Below the pieces are notes generated by a model that was given only the letters and a program-made list of their open reading frames with translations, was not told where the DNA came from and ran no database searches. 64,000 nucleotides of DNA from Acidobacteriota bacterium (lineage in GTDB: Bacteria > Acidobacteriota > Vicinamibacteria > Vicinamibacterales > 2-12-FULL-66-21): the NCBI GenBank assembly GCA_003222675.1, contig QHWT01000062.1, forward strand, positions 1,447 to 65,446. The letters run 5' to 3'. Shown piece by piece: positions 28,862-38,934 of the stretch. Within the stretch, counting starts at the first letter, position 1. Every line of letters starts with the position of its first letter. The position numbers and the translations under genes are program-made.

Positions 28862-28938
28862 GTCTCTACGATGATTTATCGCTTAAGACACAGGGCTCAG
28901 GCCGGCTCAGGACTCGAGCCAGCATGAAGCCTGAGTCC

Positions 28939-29604
28939 CTAGGCCAATACCTTGATAACGACCCGGCGATTCTGCGCGCGGCCGTCTTTCGTCTTGTTCG
29001 GCGCGATCGGCTTTTCTTCGCCGTAGCTGATCACGTTGATCTTGTGGAGCGGCACCTGGTGATGCTCGTAGAGGTAACGCTTCACCGACTCGGCGCGCTC
29101 GAGCCCGAGCTTGTAGTTCACTTCCTTCGGGCCGACGTTATCCGTGTGCCCCTCAATCTCGATAAACGCGCCGTTCGGATTCGCCTTCAGCTGGCTGACG
29201 AGCTGATCGATCTCGCCCACCGCGGTGTCGGGAAGAGCGGACTTACCAAACTTGAAATTGCCTTTGTCCTCGCTGAGGACAACCTCGTAGACGAGCCGCT
29301 TGGACGCTGTCTCGATCACGTCCGCGCGCGCGTTCACCTTGTCGGCCGCGGTGTATGCCTCGTCAGCCCGCTGACCCGCCGCCTGCGCACGCTGATTCGC
29401 CGCCGCCGCCCGCTGGTCCACTTCGCCGATTTTGGTCTCGTTGGCCTTCGTGCGTTGCTGGGTTTCTTCGAGTGACTGCGACAGGGTTTCGACCTTGTCG
29501 TTCACTTCGCCGACGCGCTGCCGAACCATCTTCTTCGTCGCGCAGGCGGTGGTGCTGCCGAGCGCGAGCGCCGCAACCGAACATGTCACGATGAATCGCC
29601 TCAT
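28939..29604 (-). CDS. OmpA-family peptidoglycan-associated lipoprotein
   Basis: Lipobox LGSTTAC. Ala/Gln-rich coiled-coil segment. C-terminal OmpA domain GHTDNVG..YNLKLGLERAESV..NRRV. Confidence 0.85.
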   Translation of the reverse strand: MRRFIVTCSVAALALGSTTACATKKMVRQRVGEVNDKVETLSQSLEETQQRTKANETKIGEVDQRAAAANQRAQAAGQRADEAYTAADKVNARADVIETASKRLVYEVVLSEDKGNFKFGKSALPDTAVGEIDQLVSQLKANPNGAFIEIEGHTDNVGPKEVNYKLGLERAESVKRYLYEHHQVPLHKINVISYGEEKPIAPNKTKDGRAQNRRVVIKVLA

Positions 29605-29630
29605 CTCCGCTCTCCTTGTGTTTCCAACCA

Positions 29631-30617
29631 TTAACTGATGCTGCGGGTGCCGGCCCTGTAGCCGGACCGGGCGCGCACCGTGAGGTCGCGGTTCTTCACG
29701 CGTACCGACAACTGATGCCACCCATCCCGCGAAGCGGCCGACGCGCTCACGGCCATCACGTACTGGTGCCGCAGCTCGTCAACAATCTGCCGCGCGGCGA
29801 TGCTCTCGTGCGCGGGCGCGCTGACCACGAACAGCTCGCCACCGGTCCAGTGGGCGAGCGTTCGCAATTTCCCTTCGGGAAGTCCCCGCTGCTCGGTCAC
29901 GGCATCGGGACCACCCGGGTGGTCGAGCGGCGACACGATGGTGAGGACGTAAACGGGCACGTCGATCGAACTTGCAATCGCCGAGACTTGAGCCGGATTC
30001 ATCTCGCTGCTCGTGTCCCACCCGTCGGTGAACACGATCACCGCGCGACGATGCCGATCGCCGGGTGCGGTTTCCGCGACGCTCCGAGCCGTCTGCGCGA
30101 TGGCGTCATAGAGCGATGTTTGTCCGTAAGGTTGCACCCGCGACAGCGCGGTCTCGATAGCAGCGGCATCCGCTGTGAACGGCTGGAGCGCCTGCAGATT
30201 CATGTCGAAGCTGAAGACCGCGGCCTCGTCCATCGAGGCGTTGTCGAGGCGCAGCGCTCCGAGCACGTGGCGGGCGGCCTGCCGCGCTTCTTCCATCTTG
30301 GACGCCAGGCGCATGCTCCCGCTGACGTCGAACAGCAGCGCGACGCGCACTGGCGCATCCTGTGCCGCGTGAAACTCGACGATCGGCCGGGGCTCCTTGC
30401 CCTCGAGCACGAGGAAGTCGTCCTGCTTGAGGTCCCGCGCGAACCGGCCATGTTGGTCGCGCACGACGGCTGCAATCGACACCAGATCGACCGCAGACTT
30501 GAACGTGGCGCGCGGCGCCAGGTCAGGTTGTTGGGGGTCTTGGGCACGCAGCGGCGGCGGCGCGAAGGTCAGCAGCGCAAGGACTGCTGTGCTCGTCAGG
30601 CCGCGACACACTTTCAT
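29631..30617 (-). CDS. VWA-domain protein (VWFA-related acidobacterial type)
   Basis: Signal peptide. FKSAVDLVSIAAVVRDQHGRF..DDFLVLEGKEP is typical of the TIGR03436-like family. MIDAS-like DVSGSM. An alternative start is at 30653. Confidence 0.8.
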   Translation of the reverse strand: MKVCRGLTSTAVLALLTFAPPPLRAQDPQQPDLAPRATFKSAVDLVSIAAVVRDQHGRFARDLKQDDFLVLEGKEPRPIVEFHAAQDAPVRVALLFDVSGSMRLASKMEEARQAARHVLGALRLDNASMDEAAVFSFDMNLQALQPFTADAAAIETALSRVQPYGQTSLYDAIAQTARSVAETAPGDRHRRAVIVFTDGWDTSSEMNPAQVSAIASSIDVPVYVLTIVSPLDHPGGPDAVTEQRGLPEGKLRTLAHWTGGELFVVSAPAHESIAARQIVDELRHQYVMAVSASAASRDGWHQLSVRVKNRDLTVRARSGYRAGTRSIS

Positions 30618-30795
30618 AACCTCGCCCCTATCCAATATACCTGCCAATGACATAACTGCTTTTGAGTCAATGTGTTGAGTCGCTTGATGTAGGCGAGCCT
30701 AGCGCTGCCGCGCGCACAAATCGAGTAAAACTTACACAGTGCCCTGATTATGGCCGCATCGTTTTTACATCTGGGCGCTCTGGTAAGATTTTTCG

Positions 30796-32007
30796 ATGCG
30801 CACGACCGCTGCGATCCCTGTCGCGCGCCGCATCAGCGGCTTCAATTACGCGATCCGAAACATCGTCGCCGAGGCGCGGAAGGTCGAAGCGTCCGGTCGG
30901 ACTGTTCGGTATCTCAATATCGGTGACCCGATTGCGTTTGGCTTCGCCACACCTCCGCACCTCGTGGAGGCGGTTCAGCGCGCCGTGCGTGACGGGCACA
31001 ACGGGTACGTGCCCTCCGCCGGAATCCTTCCGGCGCGCGAATCCGTCGCCGGAGAGCTTACGCGCCGCGGTATGCCGATGTCGGCCGACCGTGTCATCAT
31101 CACGTCCGGAACATCAGAGGGAATCGAGCTGACGTTGACGGCGCTGGCCGAAAGTGGCGACGAAGTCCTCATTCCATCGCCGACGTACCCTCTCTACACG
31201 GCCGTTCTTGCCAAGGTCGGCGCGCGCCCGGTGTTCTATCGCACCGATCATACGAACGCCTGGCTGCCGGATCTCGACCACGTACGCAGCCTGGTCACGC
31301 GCGCAACGCGCGCCCTCGTCGTGATCGATCCCAACAATCCGACGGGCGCGACATATCCGCCGGATGTGCGCCGGGCCCTGATTGAGATCGCCGACGCGCA
31401 TAACTTTCCCTTGCTCGCCGACGAGGTGTACGCCGACTTGGCGTATACGGGTCCCGTGCCGCCGATCGCGAGCCTCTGTCCCGATGCCCCGATCATCTCG
31501 TTCTCGTCGGTGTCGAAGGCTTACCTTGCGCCGGGCTGGCGCGCCGGCTGGATGGCGGTCGGCCAGAGCGAGCGGCTGGACGATGTGCTCGCGGCCATCA
31601 AGAAACTGGCAGATGGCCGGCTCTGCTCGCCGGGGCCAATGCAGTACGCCATCCCCGCCGCGCTCGATGGCGATCGATCGCACGAGGCGGGGTTCCGCGC
31701 AGCGTTGCGCGAGCGCGCGGAGCTCACGACCAGTCGTCTCAACGCTATTGACGGTATGACCACTGTCCCGCCAACGGCCGCGTTCTACGCGATGCCGAAG
31801 GTGAACCTTCCTCCTGGCATCACCGACGAGGACTACGTGCTCGCGCTCCTTCGCGCGACGGGCGTGCTCTGCGTTTACGGATCCGGTTTTGGCACGGCGC
31901 CTGAAGATGGCTTCTTCCGCGTCGTCTTCCTCGCGGATCCTTCGCAGCTGTCGGCCATCTACGACGAAATTGGTGAGTTCACGAGAGCCTTCCTTGCGCG
32001 GGGATGA
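30796..32007 (+). CDS. class I/II aminotransferase (alanine-aminotransferase-like)
   Basis: 403 aa. Blocks NIGDP, IDPNNPTG and SVSKAYLAPGWRAGW. Confidence 0.85.
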   Translation: MRTTAAIPVARRISGFNYAIRNIVAEARKVEASGRTVRYLNIGDPIAFGFATPPHLVEAVQRAVRDGHNGYVPSAGILPARESVAGELTRRGMPMSADRVIITSGTSEGIELTLTALAESGDEVLIPSPTYPLYTAVLAKVGARPVFYRTDHTNAWLPDLDHVRSLVTRATRALVVIDPNNPTGATYPPDVRRALIEIADAHNFPLLADEVYADLAYTGPVPPIASLCPDAPIISFSSVSKAYLAPGWRAGWMAVGQSERLDDVLAAIKKLADGRLCSPGPMQYAIPAALDGDRSHEAGFRAALRERAELTTSRLNAIDGMTTVPPTAAFYAMPKVNLPPGITDEDYVLALLRATGVLCVYGSGFGTAPEDGFFRVVFLADPSQLSAIYDEIGEFTRAFLARG

Positions 32008-33028
32008 AATCAGGTCGCACATCCGCTGGGCAATATCGCTGTTCTTGCTTGGGGTTGCGCTGCTCTGGTGCGCGTTCCTCGCGCGGCACGCGCTGCTGCT
32101 CGTCTATGTCAGCGGTCTCCTCGCCATAGGCTTCAGTCCGATCGTCCGGCTGATCGAACGGCAGACCGTGCTGCCGATCGGATCGAAGCGCTTTCCGAGA
32201 TGGCTGGCGATCCTGATTCTGTATCTCGTGATTATCGGAGCGGTGTTCCTGGTCGGCTCTCTGATCTTTCCGCCGCTGGTGCGCCAGGGGCAATCGCTCT
32301 GGAGCCAGCTCCCCGACATGTTCGAGAAAGGGCAGCAGTTCCTGATCGACAAGGGGATCCTCAAAGAGCACTTGACGCTGCGTGAAGCGGTCGAGCGCGC
32401 TCCCGGCCGTAGCGGCGATGCCGTGGGCGCGGTTGCCGGCGCACTCGCGAACGTGGCCGGCGGCATCTTCGGCATCGTCACGATCCTGATCCTGACGTTC
32501 TACATCCTCGTCGAAGCCGAGAGGCTCCGCTCGCTGATGCTGCGGCTGTTTCCCCGGGCGCGGCGCGCGCAGGTCGCGGAAGCCAGCCGCGAGGTGACGG
32601 TCAAGGTAAGCGCGTGGCTGGGCGGGCAGCTCCTGCTCGGCACGATCATCGGCGCGACGTCCGCTATCGGTCTGTGGGCCCTTGGTATTCCCTTCTTTTA
32701 CGTGCTCGCGCTGATTTCAGGAGTTGGTGAACTGATCCCGGTCGTCGGACCGGTATTGTCCGCGATTCCTGCGATCGCGGTCGCGGCGACGATCTCGCTC
32801 GAGAAGGTGCTCTTCGTGATGATCTTCTTCATCGTGCAGCAGCAGTTCGAGAATCACGTGCTCGTGCCGAAAGTGATGTCGCGGCAGGTAGGCGTGAGTG
32901 CCGTGACGGTGATCGTTGCGCTCCTCATCGGAGGGGAGCTGCTCGGGATCCTCGGCGCAATTCTCGCTGTCCCGACTGCGGCGATCCTGCAGGTGATCGG
33001 CGAAAGCATCTTGGAAGAGAACGACTAG
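31994..33028 (+). CDS. AI-2E family (PerM-like) transporter
   Basis: Multiple TM segments and a conserved C-terminal block GELIPVVGPVL...VLVPKVM. The start is uncertain: the TTG at 31994 is chosen because the longer ORF overlaps the previous gene. Confidence 0.75.
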   Translation: MRGDEIRSHIRWAISLFLLGVALLWCAFLARHALLLVYVSGLLAIGFSPIVRLIERQTVLPIGSKRFPRWLAILILYLVIIGAVFLVGSLIFPPLVRQGQSLWSQLPDMFEKGQQFLIDKGILKEHLTLREAVERAPGRSGDAVGAVAGALANVAGGIFGIVTILILTFYILVEAERLRSLMLRLFPRARRAQVAEASREVTVKVSAWLGGQLLLGTIIGATSAIGLWALGIPFFYVLALISGVGELIPVVGPVLSAIPAIAVAATISLEKVLFVMIFFIVQQQFENHVLVPKVMSRQVGVSAVTVIVALLIGGELLGILGAILAVPTAAILQVIGESILEEND

Positions 33029-33112
33029 GATCTCGGGTTGTCAGAGGTGAGGGTCGCGCCGTCGAACCGTTCGGCCGTTAAGAGCCCATAGAACCTCTGA
33101 GAACGTCGCGGC

Positions 33113-33466
33113 TCAAGATACCCAGACGTACAGAATTCCGATCCAGGGAAGCACCGCCGCCGCGACGTAGAACGCGGTCAGCAGTGCGACAACGCGATGG
33201 ACCGAGGTCAGGTGCAGCGCGATGCCGAATGCACCGGCGGTTGTCTTGGCGGCGGTCAGCGCGACTCCTTGACCGACGGTCGCCATCAGCCAGCCGAGCA
33301 GCGGGTTGCCCTCCATTCGAACGCCGTACGTGCTGACGCCAACATAGGTGAGCACGCCGTCGACCGCCTGCGCGAGGAGGAAGGCGACGAGGACGACATC
33401 GCCGAAGAGCGACCGCCGGATCGCACCGGCGTTTCTAACATTCACCCCGCCCATACCGCTGCGCAC
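33113..33466 (-). CDS. small membrane protein, DUF5658-like
   Basis: 117 aa with 3-4 TM segments and the motif EGNPLLGW. It resembles the C-terminal part of the 59731-60201 product (EVNPLMKG). Confidence 0.55.
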   Translation of the reverse strand: MRSGMGGVNVRNAGAIRRSLFGDVVLVAFLLAQAVDGVLTYVGVSTYGVRMEGNPLLGWLMATVGQGVALTAAKTTAGAFGIALHLTSVHRVVALLTAFYVAAAVLPWIGILYVWVS

Positions 33467-33580
33467 GACCGCGGTGGCCTTTCGCGCCGGTGTGCGCCCT
33501 CCGGACGGCCCGACTTCAATGCGAATGCCAACGAGCCGTTGGTCAACCGGCCGGCGGCAACCGGACTATACTCGCCTCTC

Positions 33581-34762
33581 ATGCATGCCGATCCGCTCGC
33601 TTACCTGGGTAGCGAGCTTCAAACATTGAAGGATCAGAAGCTCTACCGGCGCCTGCGGATCCTTGACGACGAACAGCGAGCCCGTACCACGGTCGATCAC
33701 AAGTCTGTAGTCAACCTCTCGTCGAACAATTATCTCGGTTTGACCACACATCCACGGCTCCGCGAGCAGGCGCTGAAAGCAATCGACGAATACGGCGTGG
33801 GCACCGGATCCGTACGGACCATTGCCGGCACCATGGACATTCACATGGAGCTCGAACAGAAGCTCGCGGATTTCAAGAAAGTCGAAAAGGTCGTCGTCTT
33901 CCCGAGCGGATTCGCCGCCAACGCGGGGACCGTCTCTGCCATCCTGACGAAGGACGATGTCGTCATCTCAGACGAGTTGAACCACGCCAGCATCATCGAC
34001 GGCTGCCGTCTCAGCCGGGCGACCATCAAAGTCTTCCCGCACAAGGATGTCGATGCCGCCCGCAAGATCGTCAAGGGCCTGCCTGCCACGCAGCGCAAAC
34101 TGCTGATCACTGACGGCGTGTTCAGCATGGACGGCGACCTCGGACCGTTGCCTGCCCTGTGCGGGCTCGCGGAAGAGACCGGCTGCATCATGATGGTGGA
34201 CGATGCGCATGCGAGCGGGGTGTTCGGCAGGAATGGACGGGGCACGATCGACCACTTCGACATGCATGGACGCGTTGACATCCAGGTCGGCACCCTGTCA
34301 AAGGCCGTCGGCGCGCTCGGCGGTTACGTTGCGGGCAACACCAACCTTATCGAGTTCCTGTATCACCGGGCCCGGCCGTTCCTTTTCTCCACGTCGCATC
34401 CGCCGGCGGTCGTGCTCGCCTGCATGGCTGCGATCGATGTCCTGCTGGAAGAACCTCAGATCATTGAACAGCTGTGGCAGAACACTCGTTTCTTCAAAGA
34501 GGGGCTCCAGCGCCTCGGGTTCAACACTGGCCTGAGCGAAAGCCCGATCACGCCGGTGATCGCGGGCGACGGCGCAAAGGCGATGCTGCTGTCAGACAAG
34601 CTGTTCGAGCGCGGCGTGTTCGCGCAGGGGATCGCATTTCCGACCGTCGCACGCGACAAGGCGCGCGTTCGCACGATCGTGACGGCGACGCATTCGCGCG
34701 AGGATCTGCAGTACGCGCTCGACGCGTTTGCCGCGGTCGGCCGCGAGATTGGGTTGATCTGA
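33581..34762 (+). CDS. kbl: glycine C-acetyltransferase (2-amino-3-ketobutyrate CoA ligase)
   Basis: 393 aa from ATG 33581. Blocks NNYLGL, DELNHASIIDG, MVDDAHASG and GTLSKA (PLP Lys). Confidence 0.85.
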   Translation: MHADPLAYLGSELQTLKDQKLYRRLRILDDEQRARTTVDHKSVVNLSSNNYLGLTTHPRLREQALKAIDEYGVGTGSVRTIAGTMDIHMELEQKLADFKKVEKVVVFPSGFAANAGTVSAILTKDDVVISDELNHASIIDGCRLSRATIKVFPHKDVDAARKIVKGLPATQRKLLITDGVFSMDGDLGPLPALCGLAEETGCIMMVDDAHASGVFGRNGRGTIDHFDMHGRVDIQVGTLSKAVGALGGYVAGNTNLIEFLYHRARPFLFSTSHPPAVVLACMAAIDVLLEEPQIIEQLWQNTRFFKEGLQRLGFNTGLSESPITPVIAGDGAKAMLLSDKLFERGVFAQGIAFPTVARDKARVRTIVTATHSREDLQYALDAFAAVGREIGLI

Positions 34763-34768
34763 CCTGAC

Positions 34769-35947
34769 ATGGCGAACGGCCGTCGATCGGCGTCAGGCCC
34801 GAACTGGTTCGATGCGTGGACGCGCGACGTCGCGCGCGACGTCACCGCCGAAGATCTGCAGCGGCTCTTCACGCGGGATACGCGCGAGGCTTACCGGTTC
34901 TTTTCGCGCGGCCTCGACGAGGATCGGCTTGCACAGGAACCGTGGTACCGGCGCTGGCTGCTCCGGGTCCGCCAGGTCTTCATCGCGTTCACGTTGAAGC
35001 TCTCGCCCGCGCGACGCGCGCTGTATCTCATTTCGCTCGCCGTTGCGTTGATTGGCGTACTGAAGCTGTATCAGGGTTTCGGGCGCGTCCTGATTCCGTT
35101 CGGCACGCCGTTCTTCCGCGTGAACGTGATTGCGCCGCAATGGGCGGACGGCACGTTCGCATTGCTCGTCAGCATCGTCCTCGTGAACCTGCTCGTGCTG
35201 CTCGAAGTTGCCGATCGGTTGTCGCTGAAAGGGGAGCTCGAAGTTGCGCGCGAGATCCAGCTCGCGATGCTGCCGACGGGAACTTACCGGGCCGGCGACG
35301 CGGACATCTGCGGACTGACGCGGCCGGCCAACACGGTCGGCGGAGATTTCTACGACGTGCTGCCGCAGCGCGACGGGCGGGTCATCGTAACGATCGGTGA
35401 TGTCGCCGGGAAGGGGAGTCCGGCAGCGCTGCTCATGGCGTTGCTCCTTGCCGTGCTGCGCACGCTCGTCGATGAAGAGCTCGAGGCGTGCGCGCTCGTC
35501 GCGCGGCTGAACCGCCAGATCTGCCGCCACAGTCCTGCGTCGCGGTTCATCACGTTGTTTTACGCGATGTATGCGCCGGGCACCGGCACACTGACCTACG
35601 TCAACGCCGGCCAGAACCCTCCGCTGTTGCGGCGCGCCGATGGTTCGATCGAGCGGCTCGAAGGTACCGGGATTGCGCTCGGCATGTTCGAAGGATCAGC
35701 GTATGAAGCGCGCGAGACGAGCGTCCGCCCCGGAGATCTCCTGATCCTCTATAGTGATGGGGTCACCGAGGCCGAAAACCCCGCCGGGCAGCCGTTCGAG
35801 GAGGCCGGCCTCGGGCGGGTGGTGACCGCATATGGCGACGAGTCGCCGGCGGATCTGGCGCACGCGATTCTGCGCGCGGTCGAGGGGCATGCCAAGGATT
35901 CGCGATTCACGGACGATTTGACGGTCCTGCTCCTCAAAAGATCGTAA
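34769..35947 (+). CDS. membrane-anchored PP2C/SpoIIE-family serine phosphatase
   Basis: Two TM segments, then EIQLAMLP, GGDFYDV, IGDVAGKG and LYSDGVTE blocks. Confidence 0.85.
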   Translation: MANGRRSASGPNWFDAWTRDVARDVTAEDLQRLFTRDTREAYRFFSRGLDEDRLAQEPWYRRWLLRVRQVFIAFTLKLSPARRALYLISLAVALIGVLKLYQGFGRVLIPFGTPFFRVNVIAPQWADGTFALLVSIVLVNLLVLLEVADRLSLKGELEVAREIQLAMLPTGTYRAGDADICGLTRPANTVGGDFYDVLPQRDGRVIVTIGDVAGKGSPAALLMALLLAVLRTLVDEELEACALVARLNRQICRHSPASRFITLFYAMYAPGTGTLTYVNAGQNPPLLRRADGSIERLEGTGIALGMFEGSAYEARETSVRPGDLLILYSDGVTEAENPAGQPFEEAGLGRVVTAYGDESPADLAHAILRAVEGHAKDSRFTDDLTVLLLKRS

Positions 35948-36151
35948 TTCGTCCCGTGGAAGGCGGGGACCGCCCTTGACGAGGCTGCTGAAACACGCTG
36001 CCTCAATGCCAACCAACGTTCAAGGCCTGATGCCAGCAATTCCGTCGGTTTTCGGCATTCGGCATTTAACGCTCGTCGTTGACATTGTCTTTTTGCCAAC
36101 TCGCCAGGGTAAGCGGGACTCGACAGGCGGTGTCTAATAGGCGGTGTCCCC

Positions 36152-38872
36152 ATGCGCATCCTCGCGCTGTTTTCCTGCCTGTGCCTGTGGGCCGGTTCCG
36201 CCGCCGCCCAGACGCCACGCGCCGCCGACGGGATCGACCGCCTCGTGCTGGCAATCGAGGACGCAGCAAGAAGCGGGCAGGAAGTTGCGGTCCGCGGGCT
36301 CGCGCGATACGACGTCGACAACGGCGCGTTGAGCGACCTCGTCGCGATGCTGACGTCGCCGCCGGCCTCGACGGTCACGGTCAAGGAGCGCGATCGCGCA
36401 TTGCTCACCAACGGCCGGCAGCGCCTCCTGCTCGAGATCCTCACCGACGGGAATCGCGAGGGAAGAGTATCGACCTGGCGACTCGACGCTTCTGTGCCCG
36501 TTGCGCCCGCTGATACGGGACCAAACGCGCCCTGGCAAATCGCCGACGTCGAGCGGCTGTCGGTGATCGGCGGCCTTTACCGCCTGAGGCTCGACGCGGC
36601 CGCAGAGTACGACGTCAGGAACCTCGTGATCGAAGCCCCGGATCTCACGCTGTCGGTGCCGGCCGGCCGCGCGTTTCTCGCACGGACCAACGACGGCCCG
36701 ACCGCGCTGGTGCTGCTCGGCCGCGGCCGCATGCAGTTCGCTCCGAAGCCGGAATCGGAGCGCGTGCAGGTCCGGATCTTCTGCGGCGCGGAGGCGCTCG
36801 CGACCGAGTTCGATGCCCTGTTCGTACGCGTGAGTCCGTACGATTTTTCGCGACGCGTCGCACAGAGTGCGCTGGTCCAGCGCGCGCCGGATGGCGGCGA
36901 TCTCAAGCGGGCAACGCAGATCTTCGACACCTACCTGCCGCGCAGCTTCGAGGTCGACCTGAGCGATCTGAGCACCGAACGCTACTCGTTGACGCCATCG
37001 ACGAGCGACTTCGTTGCCGAGATCGTCACGCGGAAGTACGGCGCGCTCACCTACGCGCGCGCCGGCTCGGAGCCCGAGGACATTTCATTCTTCGATCGGC
37101 AGCGTCACCGCAACGTCGCGATCTATGCGTCGGAGAGCAAGCTGGCACAGCGCGGCCGCTTTTTCAGCGAAGACGACGGAGCCGAGTACGATGTGACCGG
37201 CGTTGAAGTCGAGGCGGCCTTCGCGCCCGATCGCCTGTGGATGGACGGCGCCGCGCGTCTCAAGCTGCGCACGCGTGATTCGTCGATCACCACGCTGACG
37301 ATCAAGCTCGCCGAACCGCTGGTCGTCCGCAGCGTGTCGTCTCCCCAATTCGGCCGCCTGCTCAACATCCGCGTCGTCCGCCAGTCCAGCGTGCTCATTT
37401 CGCTGCCGGCGATCCTTCCGCCGCAAACGGACCTCGAGTTGACGGTCCGCTACGGCGGACGTCTCGAGCCGCAGGCGATCGATCGGGAGGCGATTGCGTC
37501 GGACCAGGAACGTCCCTCGCAGAGCGAAGTTAACGTCATTCCGCCGGAGCCGAGCTTTGTGTATAGCAACAACAGCTTCTGGTATCCGCAGGGCACCGTC
37601 ACCGACTACGCGGATGCGAAGCTGGCGATTTCAGTCCCTCTGGAGTTTGACGTGGTGGCGAGCGGCGCGCCGCAGGGGCCGCCCGAACCCGTGCCTCCGT
37701 CGCTGGTGCTGCGCCGCGGCGGCAAGCGATATGTCTTTGCGACGAGGCACCCCGTCCGCTACCTCGCGTGTGTGATCAGCCGGTTCAACCGCATGGACGC
37801 TGCTCAACTGAGCCTACCCTCGGCAACCGCACACGTGAGCGGGAAAGGGTCACCGGCACGCGAGAATGTCGCGGGCGATGGCGGCGGAGCGGAACCGGCA
37901 TCGATGCTCACGCTTTCCGTGCAGGCCAACCCGCGACAGTTCAACCGGGCGCGCAACTTCGCGGAGCGTGCCGCCGACGTCCTTCGTTTCTACACGTCGA
38001 TTGTCGGCGAGGCGCCGTACGACAGCTTCACGCTGGCACTGACGGAGAGCGAGCTTCCAGGCGGCCACAGCCCGGCGTACTTTGCCATCCTGAACCAGCC
38101 GCTACCGACCTCGCCGTACGTGTGGCGGAACGATCCCGTGTCGTTCGACAACTATCCAAGCTTCTTCCTCGCGCACGAAATCGCACATCAGTGGTGGGGA
38201 CAATCGGTCGGCTGGAAGAACTATCACGAGCAATGGATCAGCGAAGGCTTCGCGCAGTACTTCGCTGCGCTCTACGCGGAGCGCGAGCGAGGCGCGGAGC
38301 AGTTCACGAGCGTGATCCGGCAGATGCGGCGGTGGGGCATCGAGATGTCGCCGCAAGGACCGATCTACCTCGGATATCGCTTAGGGCACATCAAAGGCGA
38401 GGGGCGCGTGTTCCGCGCGATCGTGTACAACAAGGGCGCGATGGTGCTGCACATGCTGCGGCGACTCGTCGGCGACGAAGCTTTCTTCAAGGGACTGCGC
38501 GAGTTCTACGCGACGTGGCGGTACAAGAAGGCGGGGACCGGGGACTTCCGCGTCGCGATGGAGCACGCGAGCGGACGGCCGCTCGAACGTTTCTTCGAAC
38601 GATGGATCTTTGGCAGCGCCATTCCAGCCGTCGCGTTCACGTCGCACGTCGAAAAGGGAGGCGAACAGCTCGCAGTCCGCTTCGAACAGCGCCAGGCCGA
38701 CCTCTTCGACATTCCCGTGACCGTCACGCTGTCGTATGCGGACGGCAGCACCGAGGACATCGTCGTGGTGCTCGATGACAGAGTGACGGAGCGCACGATT
38801 CCTCTGAAGCGCGCCCTCCGCACGGTCGACGTCAATCGCGACTCGGCGGCACTGGTGGAAATAGAAAAGTAG
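36152..38872 (+). CDS. secreted M1-family (gluzincin) aminopeptidase-like protein
   Basis: Signal peptide MRILALFSCLCLWAGSAAAQ. HEIAHQWWG (HExxH) followed by WISEGFAQY. Confidence 0.85.
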   Translation: MRILALFSCLCLWAGSAAAQTPRAADGIDRLVLAIEDAARSGQEVAVRGLARYDVDNGALSDLVAMLTSPPASTVTVKERDRALLTNGRQRLLLEILTDGNREGRVSTWRLDASVPVAPADTGPNAPWQIADVERLSVIGGLYRLRLDAAAEYDVRNLVIEAPDLTLSVPAGRAFLARTNDGPTALVLLGRGRMQFAPKPESERVQVRIFCGAEALATEFDALFVRVSPYDFSRRVAQSALVQRAPDGGDLKRATQIFDTYLPRSFEVDLSDLSTERYSLTPSTSDFVAEIVTRKYGALTYARAGSEPEDISFFDRQRHRNVAIYASESKLAQRGRFFSEDDGAEYDVTGVEVEAAFAPDRLWMDGAARLKLRTRDSSITTLTIKLAEPLVVRSVSSPQFGRLLNIRVVRQSSVLISLPAILPPQTDLELTVRYGGRLEPQAIDREAIASDQERPSQSEVNVIPPEPSFVYSNNSFWYPQGTVTDYADAKLAISVPLEFDVVASGAPQGPPEPVPPSLVLRRGGKRYVFATRHPVRYLACVISRFNRMDAAQLSLPSATAHVSGKGSPARENVAGDGGGAEPASMLTLSVQANPRQFNRARNFAERAADVLRFYTSIVGEAPYDSFTLALTESELPGGHSPAYFAILNQPLPTSPYVWRNDPVSFDNYPSFFLAHEIAHQWWGQSVGWKNYHEQWISEGFAQYFAALYAERERGAEQFTSVIRQMRRWGIEMSPQGPIYLGYRLGHIKGEGRVFRAIVYNKGAMVLHMLRRLVGDEAFFKGLREFYATWRYKKAGTGDFRVAMEHASGRPLERFFERWIFGSAIPAVAFTSHVEKGGEQLAVRFEQRQADLFDIPVTVTLSYADGSTEDIVVVLDDRVTERTIPLKRALRTVDVNRDSAALVEIEK

Positions 38873-38876
38873 CTTT

Positions 38877-38931
38877 CAGCTTCCAGCCTCCAGCTTCCAG
38901 CTTGCAGCTGGCGGCTGGCGGCTGGCGGCTG
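38877..38931 (+). terminator. long imperfect hairpin built from tandem CAGCTTC / GCTGGCG words
   Basis: Hand-paired: apex at 38897-38911, then about 20 further pairs with a mismatch roughly every 7 nt. G-U pairs favour the plus-strand RNA. Followed by CCUUUAU. Confidence 0.55.
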
Positions 38932-38934
38932 CCT

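Noticed and set aside
28488-28938. The structured spacer as tmRNA, RNase P RNA, SRP RNA, 6S RNA or a cobalamin riboswitch.
   Set aside because: Reading both strands by eye, I could not find the diagnostic motifs: GGAAAGUCC (P4), a tRNA-like end with a tag ORF, the GGAA-loop SRP domain, or the B12 box. A 6S-like single long bulged hairpin does not fit the branched fold. A covariance-model scan is still needed.
33516-33530. TGGCAT-TCGCA-TTGA (minus strand) as a sigma-54 promoter for the small DUF5658-like gene.
   Set aside because: The nearly invariant -12 GC is replaced by GA. It is mentioned only as a weak parallel in the findings.
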